Shown here in pieces: positions 38,933 to 50,414 of a DNA stretch of 64,000 nucleotides (positions are counted from its first letter, which is position 1; each line of letters starts with the position of its first letter). The stretch covers positions 32,001 through 96,000 of the forward strand of contig CAWHXD010000007.1 of NCBI GenBank assembly GCA_963833225.1, in the 5' to 3' direction. The notes beneath the pieces are model-generated. The model saw nothing but the letters and a program-made list of their open reading frames with translations. It was not told the origin of the DNA and did no database searches. A program made the translations under genes and the position numbers. Source of the DNA: an uncultured Chloroflexia bacterium (lineage in GTDB: Bacteria; Chloroflexota; Limnocylindria; Limnocylindrales; CSP1-4).

Positions 38933-39652
38933 TCAACCGAGCTCGGCGTCGACCGCGTCGGCGAAGGCGGCCATCGACGGGAACGCCCAGTCGGGCGTGA
39001 CCGGCGCCTGCGGGTCGGGCGTGGCCCCCCAGCCTGGCCGGGCATGCCGGCGGTTGATCCACACGGTGGGCAGGCCCACGGCCTTGGCCGGCACGTGATC
39101 GTGGAACAGGCTCTGCGCCACGTGCAGCAGCCGGCCCTCACGGACGCCGAGCCGCTCCCGCTCGACAGCCAGCGCCTCGAAGTTGCGAGGCGAGGGCTTG
39201 TAGGAGCCGACGTCCTGCGCGGTCACGATGCCCGTGAACGTCACGCCGAGGCGCTTGTTCGAGCCCGCGAACGAGATCCGGTCGACGTTGGACAGGATGA
39301 TCAGCTTGTAGCGCTTCGCGAGTCGCTCGAGCGCCTCCGGCGAATCAGGGAACGCCGGCCAATTGGGGACGGAGGCGCCGAACGCCTCGGCCTCGCCGTC
39401 GCTCACGGGGACGCCGAGCTGGGCCCCGAGCGCCCGCATCGACCGGGCGAGGATCTCCGGGTAGAGGGCGGTCGGGTGCTCGGCCGCCGCCTTGGTCTCA
39501 TGCGTCGAGAAGGCGGTGAGGAGCTCCTCGTCGCGCATCGCGAGGGCGCGGGCGTCGGCCCACGGCCGGAGCACCGCAGCGATGCCGGTCTCCCAGTCGA
39601 TGAGGGTGCCGTAGCAGTCGAACGAGAGGGCATCAAAGTCGGCGAAGTTCAC
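38933..39652 (-). CDS. Haloacid dehalogenase type II-like
   Basis: SFDCYGTLIDWE; LSN; YKP; HVAQSLFHD. Confidence 0.9.
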   Translation of the reverse strand: MNFADFDALSFDCYGTLIDWETGIAAVLRPWADARALAMRDEELLTAFSTHETKAAAEHPTALYPEILARSMRALGAQLGVPVSDGEAEAFGASVPNWPAFPDSPEALERLAKRYKLIILSNVDRISFAGSNKRLGVTFTGIVTAQDVGSYKPSPRNFEALAVERERLGVREGRLLHVAQSLFHDHVPAKAVGLPTVWINRRHARPGWGATPDPQAPVTPDWAFPSMAAFADAVDAELG

Positions 39653-40583
39653 GCTGTGCGCTCCTTGATGAGGTGGAGGAACGACCGTGCCCCTCCTCAC
39701 CCCCCCAGGAACGTCGAAGTCGGCGTCGATCGCACCAGAGGACCGCGAGGATCGCTAGCTGGTGGCGAGCGCCTGACCGGGCGGCGTCGCGCGAATGCCG
39801 AGCAGCGATGACCGCGACCCGGCCGGGAGCCCCGCGGTAAACGAGACCTGGAGGAGGTCATCGCGGCCGGGAACAGCACCAGCCGGCTGGCTCGCCGCCC
39901 GAGCAGGCCGACGACCACGAAGACGGTCACAGCGACCACCAATGAGGCAGAACGCCCAGACTGCGTGTCCTCGCTCGCCAGTCCCGATTTGCCAGCACGA
40001 GCGCGCCGGCGATCAGCCCGAAGCAGAGAGGTCGCGGCACCCGTGACGTGGAGTCCGCGAGGACGCGGTGATGTCGGTCGCCGATCTCTTTCGTGGTTCC
40101 CGGTGGATCGCCGGAGACCGGCTGCGTGGGGACGGGCCGGCCAAGCAAGCCGTCTCCGGCGCGAGCTCGAGCGCCTGCGCCGGGCCGCCGACGCCTGAGC
40201 CCGACGGCGGGAGTGGTGTCGGCCCTGTCGAGCGCGCTACGCGTGGGCTCGGCGGTCTGCGCCAGGAAGCCGCAAGGACGTCATGCAGCCGGCCTCACCG
40301 ATGCTGAGGAGGCCCACCTGGTGCCGCAGCGGGTCGTAGCCGGGGCCGCGTCGCCCCCTCCAGCAGGTAGATCACGCTGAACAGGAGCTTGGCGACGACC
40401 CCTGCCCACAGGACGGCCGGCACGCAAACGCGGCTGAGCACGGGGATATGGTCCACGCCGCCGCGGCGCGTGACAGGGGGCAATGGAGGGCGAGTGACTG
40501 TCGTCGGCCGAGCCGTATAGCGTCTCGCTGCGCGCCCGGGACCGGAAGGACGTCCCTCCGGCCGACGGCATCGTCAGACCGGC

Positions 40584-41204
40584 CTACGGGGCCGGCAGGG
40601 GGTCACCGCAGTCGGTGAACCAGGAGACTGCGCCGTCCATCGGCGCAACGTGGACCTCCCGGCTGGCGGTCGCGCCCAGGGTGGTCACGTTCGCATCCAC
40701 GGCCCACGCCTGGTCGATCGTGGTCGTCCGGCCGTCCGTCACGTAGTCCCATGGCGCCAGCGGGTGGACCGCGACGATGTCGACGGCAAACGTCGGGTCG
40801 GCCACATCCGACGCAAGCTTGGCCTCGCAGGCGGAGGCCCCGTAGCGGTCGATCACGGCGCCGTTGAGCCGTGCTCCCATGGACTCCTCATTGCCGGCCC
40901 GGACGGCCGTCACGAGATCGCTGAAGAAGCCTCGCACCGCGGCCTCGGGGTCGGTGGTCGGGCTCGGCGTCGGGACGGGCGTTGCGGCGACGGTCGCCGT
41001 CGGTGTCGGAGCCGCCGTGGGCAGCGGGGATGTCGTTGCCGTTGCGATCGCCGCGGAGGCTGTCGGGACCCCAGATGCCCCGCCGTTGGCGGTCGTCGGT
41101 GACGTGGCGGCTCCGGCCACGGTGACCAGCCCGACTGCCCCGACGGCCACGAAGCCGAGGCCCACCACGACCAGCCCGGCACCGATCTGCCTTCGCGCGT
41201 CCAT
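40584..41204 (-). CDS. Hypothetical exported protein with T/P linker
   Basis: TM/signal segment, PTPT linker, small Cys-pair domain. Confidence 0.65.
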   Translation of the reverse strand: MDARRQIGAGLVVVGLGFVAVGAVGLVTVAGAATSPTTANGGASGVPTASAAIATATTSPLPTAAPTPTATVAATPVPTPSPTTDPEAAVRGFFSDLVTAVRAGNEESMGARLNGAVIDRYGASACEAKLASDVADPTFAVDIVAVHPLAPWDYVTDGRTTTIDQAWAVDANVTTLGATASREVHVAPMDGAVSWFTDCGDPLPAP

Positions 41205-41380
41205 GGTCGCAAGCCCTCCCCGGTACGGCCCGGTAACCGACCGCGCGAGCATACCCGGGCAGTCCACCCGCGACCATCCGCGGAGCTCGGCGACCGCGCT
41301 GCGGCACGCGGGATGGGTTGCCATCTGCTTCCCAAGCGGCTACGTTGCGCGGACTGGAGCCACCTGGGGAGCGGCTGTTG

Positions 41381-43959
41381 ATGACTGGCGGCGGGGCCAG
41401 GCGACGGGACGCGCGATCACGCCGAACGGCGGGCGGCCGCTCGCGCCCAGGCCCCGCGATTCGCGCGAGCGCGACGTTGGTCGCGGTCGCGGTCGCCATC
41501 GCCGCCCTCGTGGCCGGACCGATCGCCGCGCCGCGAGGCGCCGCGGTCCGTGCAGAGGACCAGGACCCGTTCTTCGCGGTCGTCAGCACGCTCGCCGCGC
41601 TCAACGGCCAGCAGGTCACGGTCAGCGAGGGCGGCCTCGTCACGATCACCGACCCCCTGGGCGACGTGACCGGAGCCCCCGACGATGCGACCGACGTCAC
41701 CAACGCCGGGTTTGGCTATGTGCCCATGGTCCCGCCGTGGCTGCTCGCCGCATTCGGCTGTGGGATGCCGGACACCGCGTGCCCCCGCGGCGGGAGCGAC
41801 GATGCCGCGTTCAGCGATGGCGCGTACCTCTTCTACGAGCGGGTCGCCTCGCCGCTTGCCGACGCCATTGCCGCCGGTGAACGGCGCGAGATCGGCGCCG
41901 TCCTGGCGCTCGATGGGTACCCGACGGCGCCGGCCACGCCCGGCAACCCGTTCTCGCACGCGTCGCACGCGATCATCACTCGGGTCGAAGGCGATATGCG
42001 CGAGGTCCTGTACTTCGCGAACTCGGCGGTTCGTTCCAGGAGTTCGCCACCAACGCGCGGACCCTGTGGAGCGGCAACGACGTCCTGACCATCGTGCCCA
42101 AGGCCAAGGAGATCCAGACCCCGATCAATGCGTGGGACGTGTACTCGTACTGGTCGCGGGGGACCACGGGCCGCACCGGGCGTGACAACCTTCGTGGCTT
42201 CAGCGGCGAGCCGATGATGCCGGTGACGATCATCCCCCACATCGAGTTCGCGTCCGCGCCGGCCTCGCCGACGCCATCTCCCACCCCGACCCAGCGTCCG
42301 CCCGCAAGCGAGACGCCCACCGCAACGGCCACGCCGACCGCAACGGAGACGCCCACCGCAACGGCCACGCCCCAGTCGTCGAGCTCGGGGCCCACCACCT
42401 CCGGTGACGGCCTCCCGTGGGCCGTCCTCATCGTCGTGGGCGTCGTGCTCGCGGTCGTCGGAGCCGCGCTGCTCCGGGGCCGCGGCGGGACGACCGGCGG
42501 CACGACCGGCGGCGGGACGCCGAGCGGCGAGCCGGGTGGGAGCCCGGCCGGCGGTCCGGCGATTGCGGTTGGTGTCCCGCTGGTCAGCCCGTGCCCACCG
42601 TTGATCGCCGCGGCCAAGGCAGCCAAGGTCGCGTGTGAAGCGGCTCGAAGCGCGGCGGTGACCGCCGCGGATCTCGCCCGGACCCGGGCCGCCGAGGCGG
42701 AGGCCGCCCGGCGGGACCTCGACGGCGCGCGCAGGGCACGGGAGGCCGCGGAGAAGGAGCTCGCACGGCGTCAGAAGCCTCCCGACCGGGGCGGCTCATC
42801 GGCGTCGAGCTCGTTTGGCGGGCGCGACGTCCACGAGGACTCATATGACCTGCACCTGCTCAGAGAGGCGAGGGCTGCCGCAAACGACGCCTGGGAGGCG
42901 GCGAAGGCGGCCGCCACCACGGAGGCTGAGCGGAAGGCGGCGGACGACGCGTGGCAGGACGAGCTGCGGCGGCTCGACGGCCCCGATGGGATCGACGAGA
43001 TCCGCAGGCGTGACAAGGAGGGCCGCGCCAAGTGGGTCAGGGAGGCCGAAGACGCGCTCAAGACCGCGCAGGAGGCCGAGACGTCCGCGAAGGCTGCGCT
43101 TGATCGCGCGGTCGAGGCGTCGGATGCGGCCGCGGCCGCCGCCACGGCGGCAGGGCAACACGCCGACGAGGCCTGTGCCCGGGCCGACGCTGCGAACAAG
43201 GCCGCGATCGATGCCGGATGTCTGACTGCCGACGGCCGCGTGCCGCAGCCACCGGTCACGCCATCGCCTCCGCCGACACCCCCGACATCCCCGCCTGAGC
43301 CGCCGACATCTCCCCCGGAAGAGCCGACACCGCCAACACCCCCAACGCACGAACGACCGCACGACTGCCCAGACGGCGCGGCGCCGAGGGTCACGGAGCG
43401 CAACCCGATCGATGTCGACCTGTTCATCATCTCCGAAAGCCAGCTCAAGATCGACAGCAATTACCCCTACGGGGACAACGTCGACGACGCGCTCGACAAC
43501 CTCGACAGCACCTTGAAGGGCGTGTCTGCCGTGATGTCGCTGCCGGGCGCCGTCACCAACCCGGTTGGCTCGCTGCTCGGCACGGCCGGGCTGCCGGGCT
43601 TCGACTCGGTGACGACGAAGCCGGCAGAGGCTGCGGCCAAGAGCCTGCGCAAGCTCCGCGAGCGGATGGAGAAGTTCCGACGGACCGGGACGTGGTCGCT
43701 GAGCGTCCCGTTCCAGCACTATCGCTTCTTCTGCCGGATCACCGAGGAATGCCAGGGGGGCCAGTGGGTGGTGACGAAGCGTGAGCTCATCGGCGAGCGA
43801 GTGGGCAAGCCCACCTGGCACCACAGCCCGCCGTACGAGGTCCAGGACGTCGCCTTCGATTCCGGGCACGCGTGGCGCGCCATGACCGCGAACTACGTGC
43901 GGAGAAACGCGCAGGCCGAGCGCCAGATCGCCCAGGCGGCCACCGCCTGCGCCGGTTGA
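41381..43959 (+). CDS. Large exported/membrane-anchored hypothetical protein (frameshift near 42030)
   Basis: Signal peptide, TP repeats, TM, Ala-rich coiled coil, Pro-rich linker, C-terminal domain. Confidence 0.6.
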
Positions 43960-44024
43960 CCCGGGCATCGCTCGCCGGCTGGCGTGGCAGCTGGCCAGAC
44001 CGACGCCGCCAAGCCTTGCGAGCC

Positions 44025-44558
44025 TCAGTCGTCGATGCGGAAGACGGGGTAGGCGCGGGCGATCACCTCGAACGCCTCGATGGCGGCCGCGGGATCTACC
44101 GGAATGTGCGGGCGCGCTCCGATCGCGCGGGCCAGGTAGGCCCTGATCACTGGGGCACGCTCGTCCGGCGGCACCTCGACGAGGTGCACCGTGCGTCGCC
44201 GGCCGTGTCGGATGACGGCGAGCCCGCCGGCGGCCCGGACGTTGCGGACCCAGGGCGAGCGCTCGCCGAGCATCGAGACCAGGTACTGCTCGCCCTCATG
44301 CTCGCCGATGACGAGCGGGATGGAGGAGACTCGTCCGGTGCGGTGGCCTGTGGTCTCGAGCGCGACTGCCCACGCGGGTCCCAGGCCAGGGCCCCCCGCC
44401 GCGGCATACACCCGGCCGACCGCGCGCCCGGCGAGATTCGGCCGCCCGTCCCGGTAGAAGAGGCGATTGCCGTTGCGGTGGGCATCGCTTCGCAGGTAGA
44501 GCGCGTAGGCACCCACCAGCCCAACGACGCCTGTGAAGAGCAGGCGCGAGGTTCTCAT
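44025..44558 (-). CDS. Deazaflavin-dependent nitroreductase-like protein
   Basis: LETTGHRTGR...WVRNVRAAGG...YPVFRI. Confidence 0.8.
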   Translation of the reverse strand: MRTSRLLFTGVVGLVGAYALYLRSDAHRNGNRLFYRDGRPNLAGRAVGRVYAAAGGPGLGPAWAVALETTGHRTGRVSSIPLVIGEHEGEQYLVSMLGERSPWVRNVRAAGGLAVIRHGRRRTVHLVEVPPDERAPVIRAYLARAIGARPHIPVDPAAAIEAFEVIARAYPVFRIDD

Positions 44559-44966
44559 CGGTCCCAGCGATGGTACACAGGCGCGCTGGGACCGGGCATT
44601 GGCCGAGTGGCGCTTCACGGCCGAGTGCGGGTCGATCCCCTCGTCGCCCGAAGCGAGTAGGCAGCGCATCGACATATCCTGCTGACATGCGCAAGAGGAC
44701 CATGCAGGAGGCGTCCCGGGTCCAGTCCAACGCGGCGACTGCGCTCGCGCGGCTCGATGCGACCAAGGCAGGCGCCAAGTGACCGACGTCGACGACCTGG
44801 AGCGGCGCTACCGCCGGTGGCTGAGGTGGTATCCGACGGCGTTTCGGCGTGAGCACGAGGAAGAGATCCTCGGGGTGCTGTTGGCGGGTGCCGACGATGG
44901 CCAGCGCCACCCGCGGCCGACGGACTGCCTCGACCTGATCCCCAACGGTCCGCGGAGCGCCGCTCC

Positions 44967-45944
44967 ATGAGCGATGGGCCTGGCTTGCGCTCGTCAGGCG
45001 GTGAGTGTCGCGACCCTGCGCTATCGGTCGAGCACCTGTCCAAGCGATTCGGCGACCGCATGGCCTTTGACGACGTCTCGTTCGAGGTTGGGCGCGGTGA
45101 GGTGTTCGGATTTCTCGGTCCGAACGGAGCCGGCAAGACGACGACGGTGCGGACGCTCGGAAGCCTCATCGCACCGACGTCCGGCTCGGCCACGGTCGCC
45201 GGCTATCCGCTGACCCCGGAGAACGGCGAGGAGATCCGTCGACGGATCTCGATCATGCCCGAGGCGCCGGGCCTCTACCTGCACCTCAGCGTCTTCGAGA
45301 ACCTCGAGTGCTTTGCCGGTCTGTACGAGGTGGCCGACCCGCGCGATCGCATCGAGCGAGTGCTCCGGGCGGTCAATCTCACTGACCGCGCCCGGGATAC
45401 CGGCAGCACGCTGTCGAAGGGGCTCCGCCAGCGGGTCGCCCTGGCGAGGGCCCTGCTGAACGATCCGGAGGTGCTGTTCCTCGACGAGCCGACGTCGGGC
45501 CTCGATCCGGTGGCCGCACGGGAGGTGCACGACCTCATCGTTGGCCTTCGCAAGCAGGGCGTCACCGTCTTCCTCACCACCCATCGGCTCGAGGAGGCGG
45601 AGCGCCTGTGCGACCGCGTCGCCATCCTCAACACCACCCTGCGCACGATCGGGCGACCCAGCGAGCTGCGGGAGCGGCTGTTCGCCAAGACGCTCACGGT
45701 CAGGACGCTTGCCCCGATCCCCAATCCCGAGAACGTCTTCGGCGGCTTGCCAGCCGTGGAGGGCTGGAGTCTGGACGGCGGCGACTACGTCCTCGCCGTG
45801 TCCGACCCGGTGCTCGCCGCGCCCGCGGTCACCCGGGCGCTGGTGGCCGCCACCACCGACGTGCTCTCGATCAGCGAGTCTCACCACTCGCTCGAGGAGG
45901 TCTACCTCGAGCTGGTCGACCAGGATGCGGAGGCCACGCGGTGA
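44967..45944 (+). CDS. ABC transporter ATP-binding protein
   Basis: GPNGAGKTT, LSKG, LFLDEPT. Confidence 0.93.
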   Translation: MSDGPGLRSSGGECRDPALSVEHLSKRFGDRMAFDDVSFEVGRGEVFGFLGPNGAGKTTTVRTLGSLIAPTSGSATVAGYPLTPENGEEIRRRISIMPEAPGLYLHLSVFENLECFAGLYEVADPRDRIERVLRAVNLTDRARDTGSTLSKGLRQRVALARALLNDPEVLFLDEPTSGLDPVAAREVHDLIVGLRKQGVTVFLTTHRLEEAERLCDRVAILNTTLRTIGRPSELRERLFAKTLTVRTLAPIPNPENVFGGLPAVEGWSLDGGDYVLAVSDPVLAAPAVTRALVAATTDVLSISESHHSLEEVYLELVDQDAEATR

Positions 45945-46663
45945 GCATCAACAGGCGGAGGGTCCGGGCGGTTGTCCGCAAGGAGCTCCGCGAGTACCGG
46001 CGCAACCGCTCGCTCATCTGGTCGATGGCCATCTTCCCGTTGATCTTCTGCATTCAACCGTTCATCACGGTGTTCATGCTGCCCGCCTCAGCATCCGGCG
46101 CGCTCGCCAACGAGCATGTGCTCGTCTACCTCCTCGGGATCCCGGCGCTGGTGCCCGTGTTCATCGCCGCGTACGCGGTGGTCGGCGAGCGTCAACAGGG
46201 CACCCTCGAGCCGGTGCTCACCACACCGATCCCTCGTGAGGAGTTCCTGCTGGGCAAGGCGCTGGCAGCCCTGCTGCCGTCGCTCGCGGTCGCCTACACG
46301 GTCTTTGGCCTGTTCCTCGCGTGCATCGGGCTCTTCGCGCAACCGACCATCGCCGTGGCATTGATCCAGCTGCCCGACTTGCTCGCCCAGGTGCTCTTCA
46401 CGCCGCTCCTCGCCGTGTGGTCCATCTGGGTCGGGATCGCGATCTCCGCCCGATCGAGCGACATCAGGGTGGCGCAGCAGCTCAGCGTCCTGGCGAGCCT
46501 GCCCTCGGTCTTCCTGGTGGTGCTCGTCGCGCTCAACGTCATCCGGCCGACGCTCGGCCTCGCGGTCTGCCTCGCGGTCGTCTTGCTCGTCCTCGATGGA
46601 CTCGGGTGGCGGATCACCTCGCGCTTGTTCGACCGGGAGCGCCTCGTCACCGGCTCGAGGTAG
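45941..46663 (+). CDS. ABC-2 permease
   Basis: VRKELREY; GERQQGTLEPVLTTP. Confidence 0.88.
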   Translation: MSINRRRVRAVVRKELREYRRNRSLIWSMAIFPLIFCIQPFITVFMLPASASGALANEHVLVYLLGIPALVPVFIAAYAVVGERQQGTLEPVLTTPIPREEFLLGKALAALLPSLAVAYTVFGLFLACIGLFAQPTIAVALIQLPDLLAQVLFTPLLAVWSIWVGIAISARSSDIRVAQQLSVLASLPSVFLVVLVALNVIRPTLGLAVCLAVVLLVLDGLGWRITSRLFDRERLVTGSR

Positions 46664-46754
46664 TCCGGGGCTTGACGGCACCGCGCACCACGTGCGCACT
46701 CTCGAAGGTGCCGCCCGAGAGTGACGGCCCGCTGGCGAGCCCCCCGCCGCCGGC

Positions 46755-47501
46755 GTGACGACGACGCCGATCGGGCACCGGATAATGCTCGTCATGGGAG
46801 CGTCAGCGGTCGTGGACGAGCTTGAGGACGCCCGCGTCGTCGACTTTCCCCTGCGCGGCGAGTGGACGGCCGTGCACACGCCTGCCAGCCGGATTCCGAG
46901 CCACGGCACCGACATACTGGGCCAGCGCTACGCGTTCGACCTCATCCGGTTCGATCCGAGGAAGGGTTCCCGCTACCACCCCGCCGGTGGCCTGCGGACG
47001 CTGCTCCTCGGCGTCCCCACCCGAGAGTGCCATGGCTGGGGCGAGCCGATCCATGCCCCGCTTGCTGGGGAGGTGGTGGCGGCCCGCGACGGGCTCGAGG
47101 AGCGCGGCTGGATCCACCCTGTCCGGGAGCTCGGGCTCGTCCTCAAGAACGGCCTGACCTTTCGCCCGACCCCACGCCACCTGCATCGCGTCATGGGCAA
47201 CCACGTCATCCTCAGGTGCGGTGACGTCTACGCCGGCTTCGCTCACATGATGACCGGCTCCGTGACGGTCGAGGCTGGCCAGCGGGTGCGGGTCGGCGAG
47301 GTTCTCGGCCGGGTGGGGCACACGGGCAACTCGACGGCCCCGCACCTCCACTTCCAGCTCATGGACGGCCCTGACCCGCTGACTGCGCACGGGATCCCGT
47401 GCGCCTTTCGCGAATACGAGGTCTGGCACGACGGTGGCTGGCATCGGGTCGAGCACGCTATTCCGAAGAGCACGGACCGGATCCGCTCGGTGTCGGGCTG
47501 A
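46755..47501 (+). CDS. M23 family peptidase
   Basis: YAFD; GNHV; AHM; GHTGNSTAPHLHFQ. Confidence 0.88.
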   Translation: MTTTPIGHRIMLVMGASAVVDELEDARVVDFPLRGEWTAVHTPASRIPSHGTDILGQRYAFDLIRFDPRKGSRYHPAGGLRTLLLGVPTRECHGWGEPIHAPLAGEVVAARDGLEERGWIHPVRELGLVLKNGLTFRPTPRHLHRVMGNHVILRCGDVYAGFAHMMTGSVTVEAGQRVRVGEVLGRVGHTGNSTAPHLHFQLMDGPDPLTAHGIPCAFREYEVWHDGGWHRVEHAIPKSTDRIRSVSG

Positions 47502-47688
47502 TCGACGAAATGCGTGGAGCACCCGGGCCTGCCCCCAGGGGCCGCTGACCGGCGGGGACCGAGCGAGACTGCCCTCATGACCGCCAATGATCTCCAGCTC
47601 GAGGCCGCCGAACACCTTCCGCCAGCGCGGACCTCCAGGGATTCTTGCTCGCTCCGCGTACACTCAACGGCGGACAGGGGGTAGCGAC

Positions 47689-49191
47689 ATGGACGCCCAA
47701 CGAGCGCCGCGAGCGCGGGCCGCGGCACCGCTTGGCCTCAGCGCCGAGCCAGTGCTCGACGCGAGCCCGGACGTCGTCATCGCCGTCGACGCACGCGGCC
47801 GGATCGTGTATGCGAGTCCGAAGGTCGAACAGCTGGTGGGTTGGTCGCCCGACGAGCTCCGTGGGGAGCCAATCGAGTCGCTGGTCCCTTCACGCCTGGC
47901 CGAGCGGCATGCCGAGCACCGCTCCGGGTATCTCGTTCACCCGACGCCCCGTCCGATGGGCAGTGGGCTGGAGCTGACCGCTCGCCGCCGCGATGGCACC
48001 GAGCTTCCCGTGGAGATCAGTCTCGCGCCGGTGCGATCGCGGCGCGGTCCGCTCGTCCTCGCGACCGTGGTCGACATCACGGCCCGGACGAACCTCCAGG
48101 AGCAGCTCCAGCAGAGCCACGAGGACCTGCAGCGCCACGCCAAGGAGCTTGAGCAGCGCGGACGAGAGATGTCGTTGCTCGCCCAGATGGGGGAGCTGCT
48201 CGCCGCGTGCCAGTCGCTCGACGAGGCATATGGGGTCATCCCTCGGGTCGCCGAGCCGCTCTTCGAGGGCGACGCTGGGGCGGTGTATGCGCTCGCGTCG
48301 TCGGGCAGCGGGGTCGAGGCCGTGGCGACGTGGGGAAGTCCGCCGCCGCTCCGGAGTGTGTTCTCCCCGGCCGACTGCTGGGCCCTTCGGCGCGGCCGGC
48401 TCCACGTGGTCCACGACGAGGACCCCGAGCTCAAGTGTCCGCACGTCGAGGAGCCGATCGGGGTCGGTCTGCTGTGTGAACCGCTCGTCGCCCAGACCGA
48501 GACCCTGGGGCTGCTCCACGTCCAGGTCCGCCGACGCAGCAGTGGCAGGGCGGCGCGGGCGGCCGTGCTCGTGGATCGGGAACGCGTGGTCGAGACGCTC
48601 GGTGAGCACCTGGCTCTTGCCCTGGGCAACATCCGACTTCGTGCCACCCTTCGGGAGCAGTCGGCGCGCGATCCGCTGACGGGCCTGTTCAACCGCCGCT
48701 ACATGGAAGAGTCGCTCGACCGCGAGATCCGACGGGCAGCCCGTGAAGGCTACGGTCTCGGCCTGCTCCTCGCGGACCTCGACAACTTCAAGCAGCTCAA
48801 CGATGCCTTCGGTCACGCCGCGGGCGATGCGGTGCTGCGGCGGATCGGGCGCTTCCTCGGAGGCGCGGTCCGGGGCGAGGACATCGCCTGCCGGTACGGT
48901 GGCGAGGAGTTCGTTGTCATCCTGCCCAAGGCGTCGCTCGATGACACGTACCGCCGCGCGGAAGGGCTGCGCGAAGGGATCAAGGCGCGCTCACCGGACG
49001 AACCGGCCGACCACTATCCCACTCCATCCATGTCGGTCGGGGTGGCCGCCTTTCCGGAGCACGGAACGTCCGCTGCGCAGCTCATCCTTGCTGCCGACTC
49101 GGCGATGTATCTCGCCAAGGCGCAGGGACGGGACCGCGTCGTTGTCGCCGAAGGAACGGAGGGCCGGCCGGTCAAGGTCCGCGCGGAATAG
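47689..49191 (+). CDS. PAS-GAF diguanylate cyclase
   Basis: PAS (RRRDGTELPVEISL), GAF, DPLTGLFNRR, RxxD I-site, GGEEF. Confidence 0.93.
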   Translation: MDAQRAPRARAAAPLGLSAEPVLDASPDVVIAVDARGRIVYASPKVEQLVGWSPDELRGEPIESLVPSRLAERHAEHRSGYLVHPTPRPMGSGLELTARRRDGTELPVEISLAPVRSRRGPLVLATVVDITARTNLQEQLQQSHEDLQRHAKELEQRGREMSLLAQMGELLAACQSLDEAYGVIPRVAEPLFEGDAGAVYALASSGSGVEAVATWGSPPPLRSVFSPADCWALRRGRLHVVHDEDPELKCPHVEEPIGVGLLCEPLVAQTETLGLLHVQVRRRSSGRAARAAVLVDRERVVETLGEHLALALGNIRLRATLREQSARDPLTGLFNRRYMEESLDREIRRAAREGYGLGLLLADLDNFKQLNDAFGHAAGDAVLRRIGRFLGGAVRGEDIACRYGGEEFVVILPKASLDDTYRRAEGLREGIKARSPDEPADHYPTPSMSVGVAAFPEHGTSAAQLILAADSAMYLAKAQGRDRVVVAEGTEGRPVKVRAE

Positions 49192-50130
49192 GGGCGGGCC
49201 GTCGCGCTCGGTCGTCCGCGTCAGGCCACCGTGAAAGCAGGTCCTCGGGGTAGGCCATGACCTGCGGTTGGAGTGTCCGCTTGCGCCGACCCGCGGATCG
49301 CGACCGGCGAGGGCGTCGGTGGCGGGCTGGACGTTGGTCGGGGTGTTGGCGTCGGCGCAAGGCGAAGGCGTCGGCGAGGGCGTGGGCGAAGGCGTCGGCG
49401 TGGGCGAAGGCGTCGGCGTGGGCGAAGGGGTCGGCTCGAGGCCGAGCATCCGCTCCACGGTCACGAACTTGAGGCCGCGCGCCCGGTACGCCTTGATCAC
49501 CCTGGGCAGGATCCGCACCGACGTCGTCGGGCCGCAGTGCAGCAGGATGATGCTGCCCTTCGTGCCGCGCATCGCGTGCCGGAAATGGGCTGCGTCGCTC
49601 ATCGTCGCCGTGTCGGCGAAGGTCGTATCCCACATGACCACGTACTTGACGCCTGCGACCCTCGCCGCACGCAACGTGTTCGCGTTGTAGGACCCGTAGG
49701 GGGGACGGAAAAGCGGGAGCATCGTGCGACCGGTCCTGGTCCGGAGGATGCGCTTCGCACGCTTGATCTGGCTCAGCTGGTCCGTGTATGACAGCGTGGT
49801 CATGAACGGGTGCGACACCGTGTGGTTCGCGATCTTGAACTTGGAGCTGATGTATCGCCAGGTTGCCGGCGCGTTCCTGATCACGCGTGCGTAGGGGAAG
49901 AACGTCGCGGGGACGTGGCGGGCGACCAGGATGTCGGCGATGCGTCGACAGTTGGCCGAGCTGTAACCGTCGTCGATCGTGAGCGCGATCCAGGACCGAT
50001 GGCGCGAGCCGTGGTAGACCACCTTTGGGTCAGCCGCGGCCGCCGATGGAAGGGCGGCAGTCAGCAGCAGCAGGGCGAGCGTCACCACCGCCACGGTTGC
50101 CATCCGGGACGTCCCAACCCGAATACTCAT
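48991..50130 (-). CDS. Exported polysaccharide deacetylase (true stop probably earlier)
   Basis: ALTIDDG, NHTVSH, FRPPYG, ILLH; PTPS repeat tail. Confidence 0.85.
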   Translation of the reverse strand: MSIRVGTSRMATVAVVTLALLLLTAALPSAAAADPKVVYHGSRHRSWIALTIDDGYSSANCRRIADILVARHVPATFFPYARVIRNAPATWRYISSKFKIANHTVSHPFMTTLSYTDQLSQIKRAKRILRTRTGRTMLPLFRPPYGSYNANTLRAARVAGVKYVVMWDTTFADTATMSDAAHFRHAMRGTKGSIILLHCGPTTSVRILPRVIKAYRARGLKFVTVERMLGLEPTPSPTPTPSPTPTPSPTPSPTPSPCADANTPTNVQPATDALAGRDPRVGASGHSNRRSWPTPRTCFHGGLTRTTERDGPPLFRADLDRPALRSFGDNDAVPSLRLGEIHRRVGSKDELRSGRSVLRKGGHPDRHGWSGIVVGRFVR

Positions 50131-50414
50131 GTTGAACCCCTGGGCTGACGCTACACGGCGCCCGGGCGTTGAGGAAGAACCGCGACGCCCCGTTCAGCGG
50201 TCCGAGCGGCACCCGGCCGCTTGCAGGCGGACCCGCCGGCAACAGCGCGTGCCCATCAGGGAGGCGTGGCTGCTGCTGAGCCGATGCTGGCCTGCCGAAC
50301 GGGGGCGCTCGCCGGGATCAGTACTCGCTCTTGATCACGAAGAGCAAACGGCCGATGGTTCCGGCCAGCTTCGACTACTGCCGTGCGAGCTTGAACCGCG
50401 AGCGAATTGCAGGG

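Noticed and set aside
39700-40580. Long ORF-poor stretch as an ncRNA
   Set aside because: No recognisable structure or motif; it appears to hold degraded small membrane-protein frames
49361-49432. Short tandem repeats here and at 42309-42372
   Set aside because: They encode Pro/Thr/Ser linkers in exported proteins
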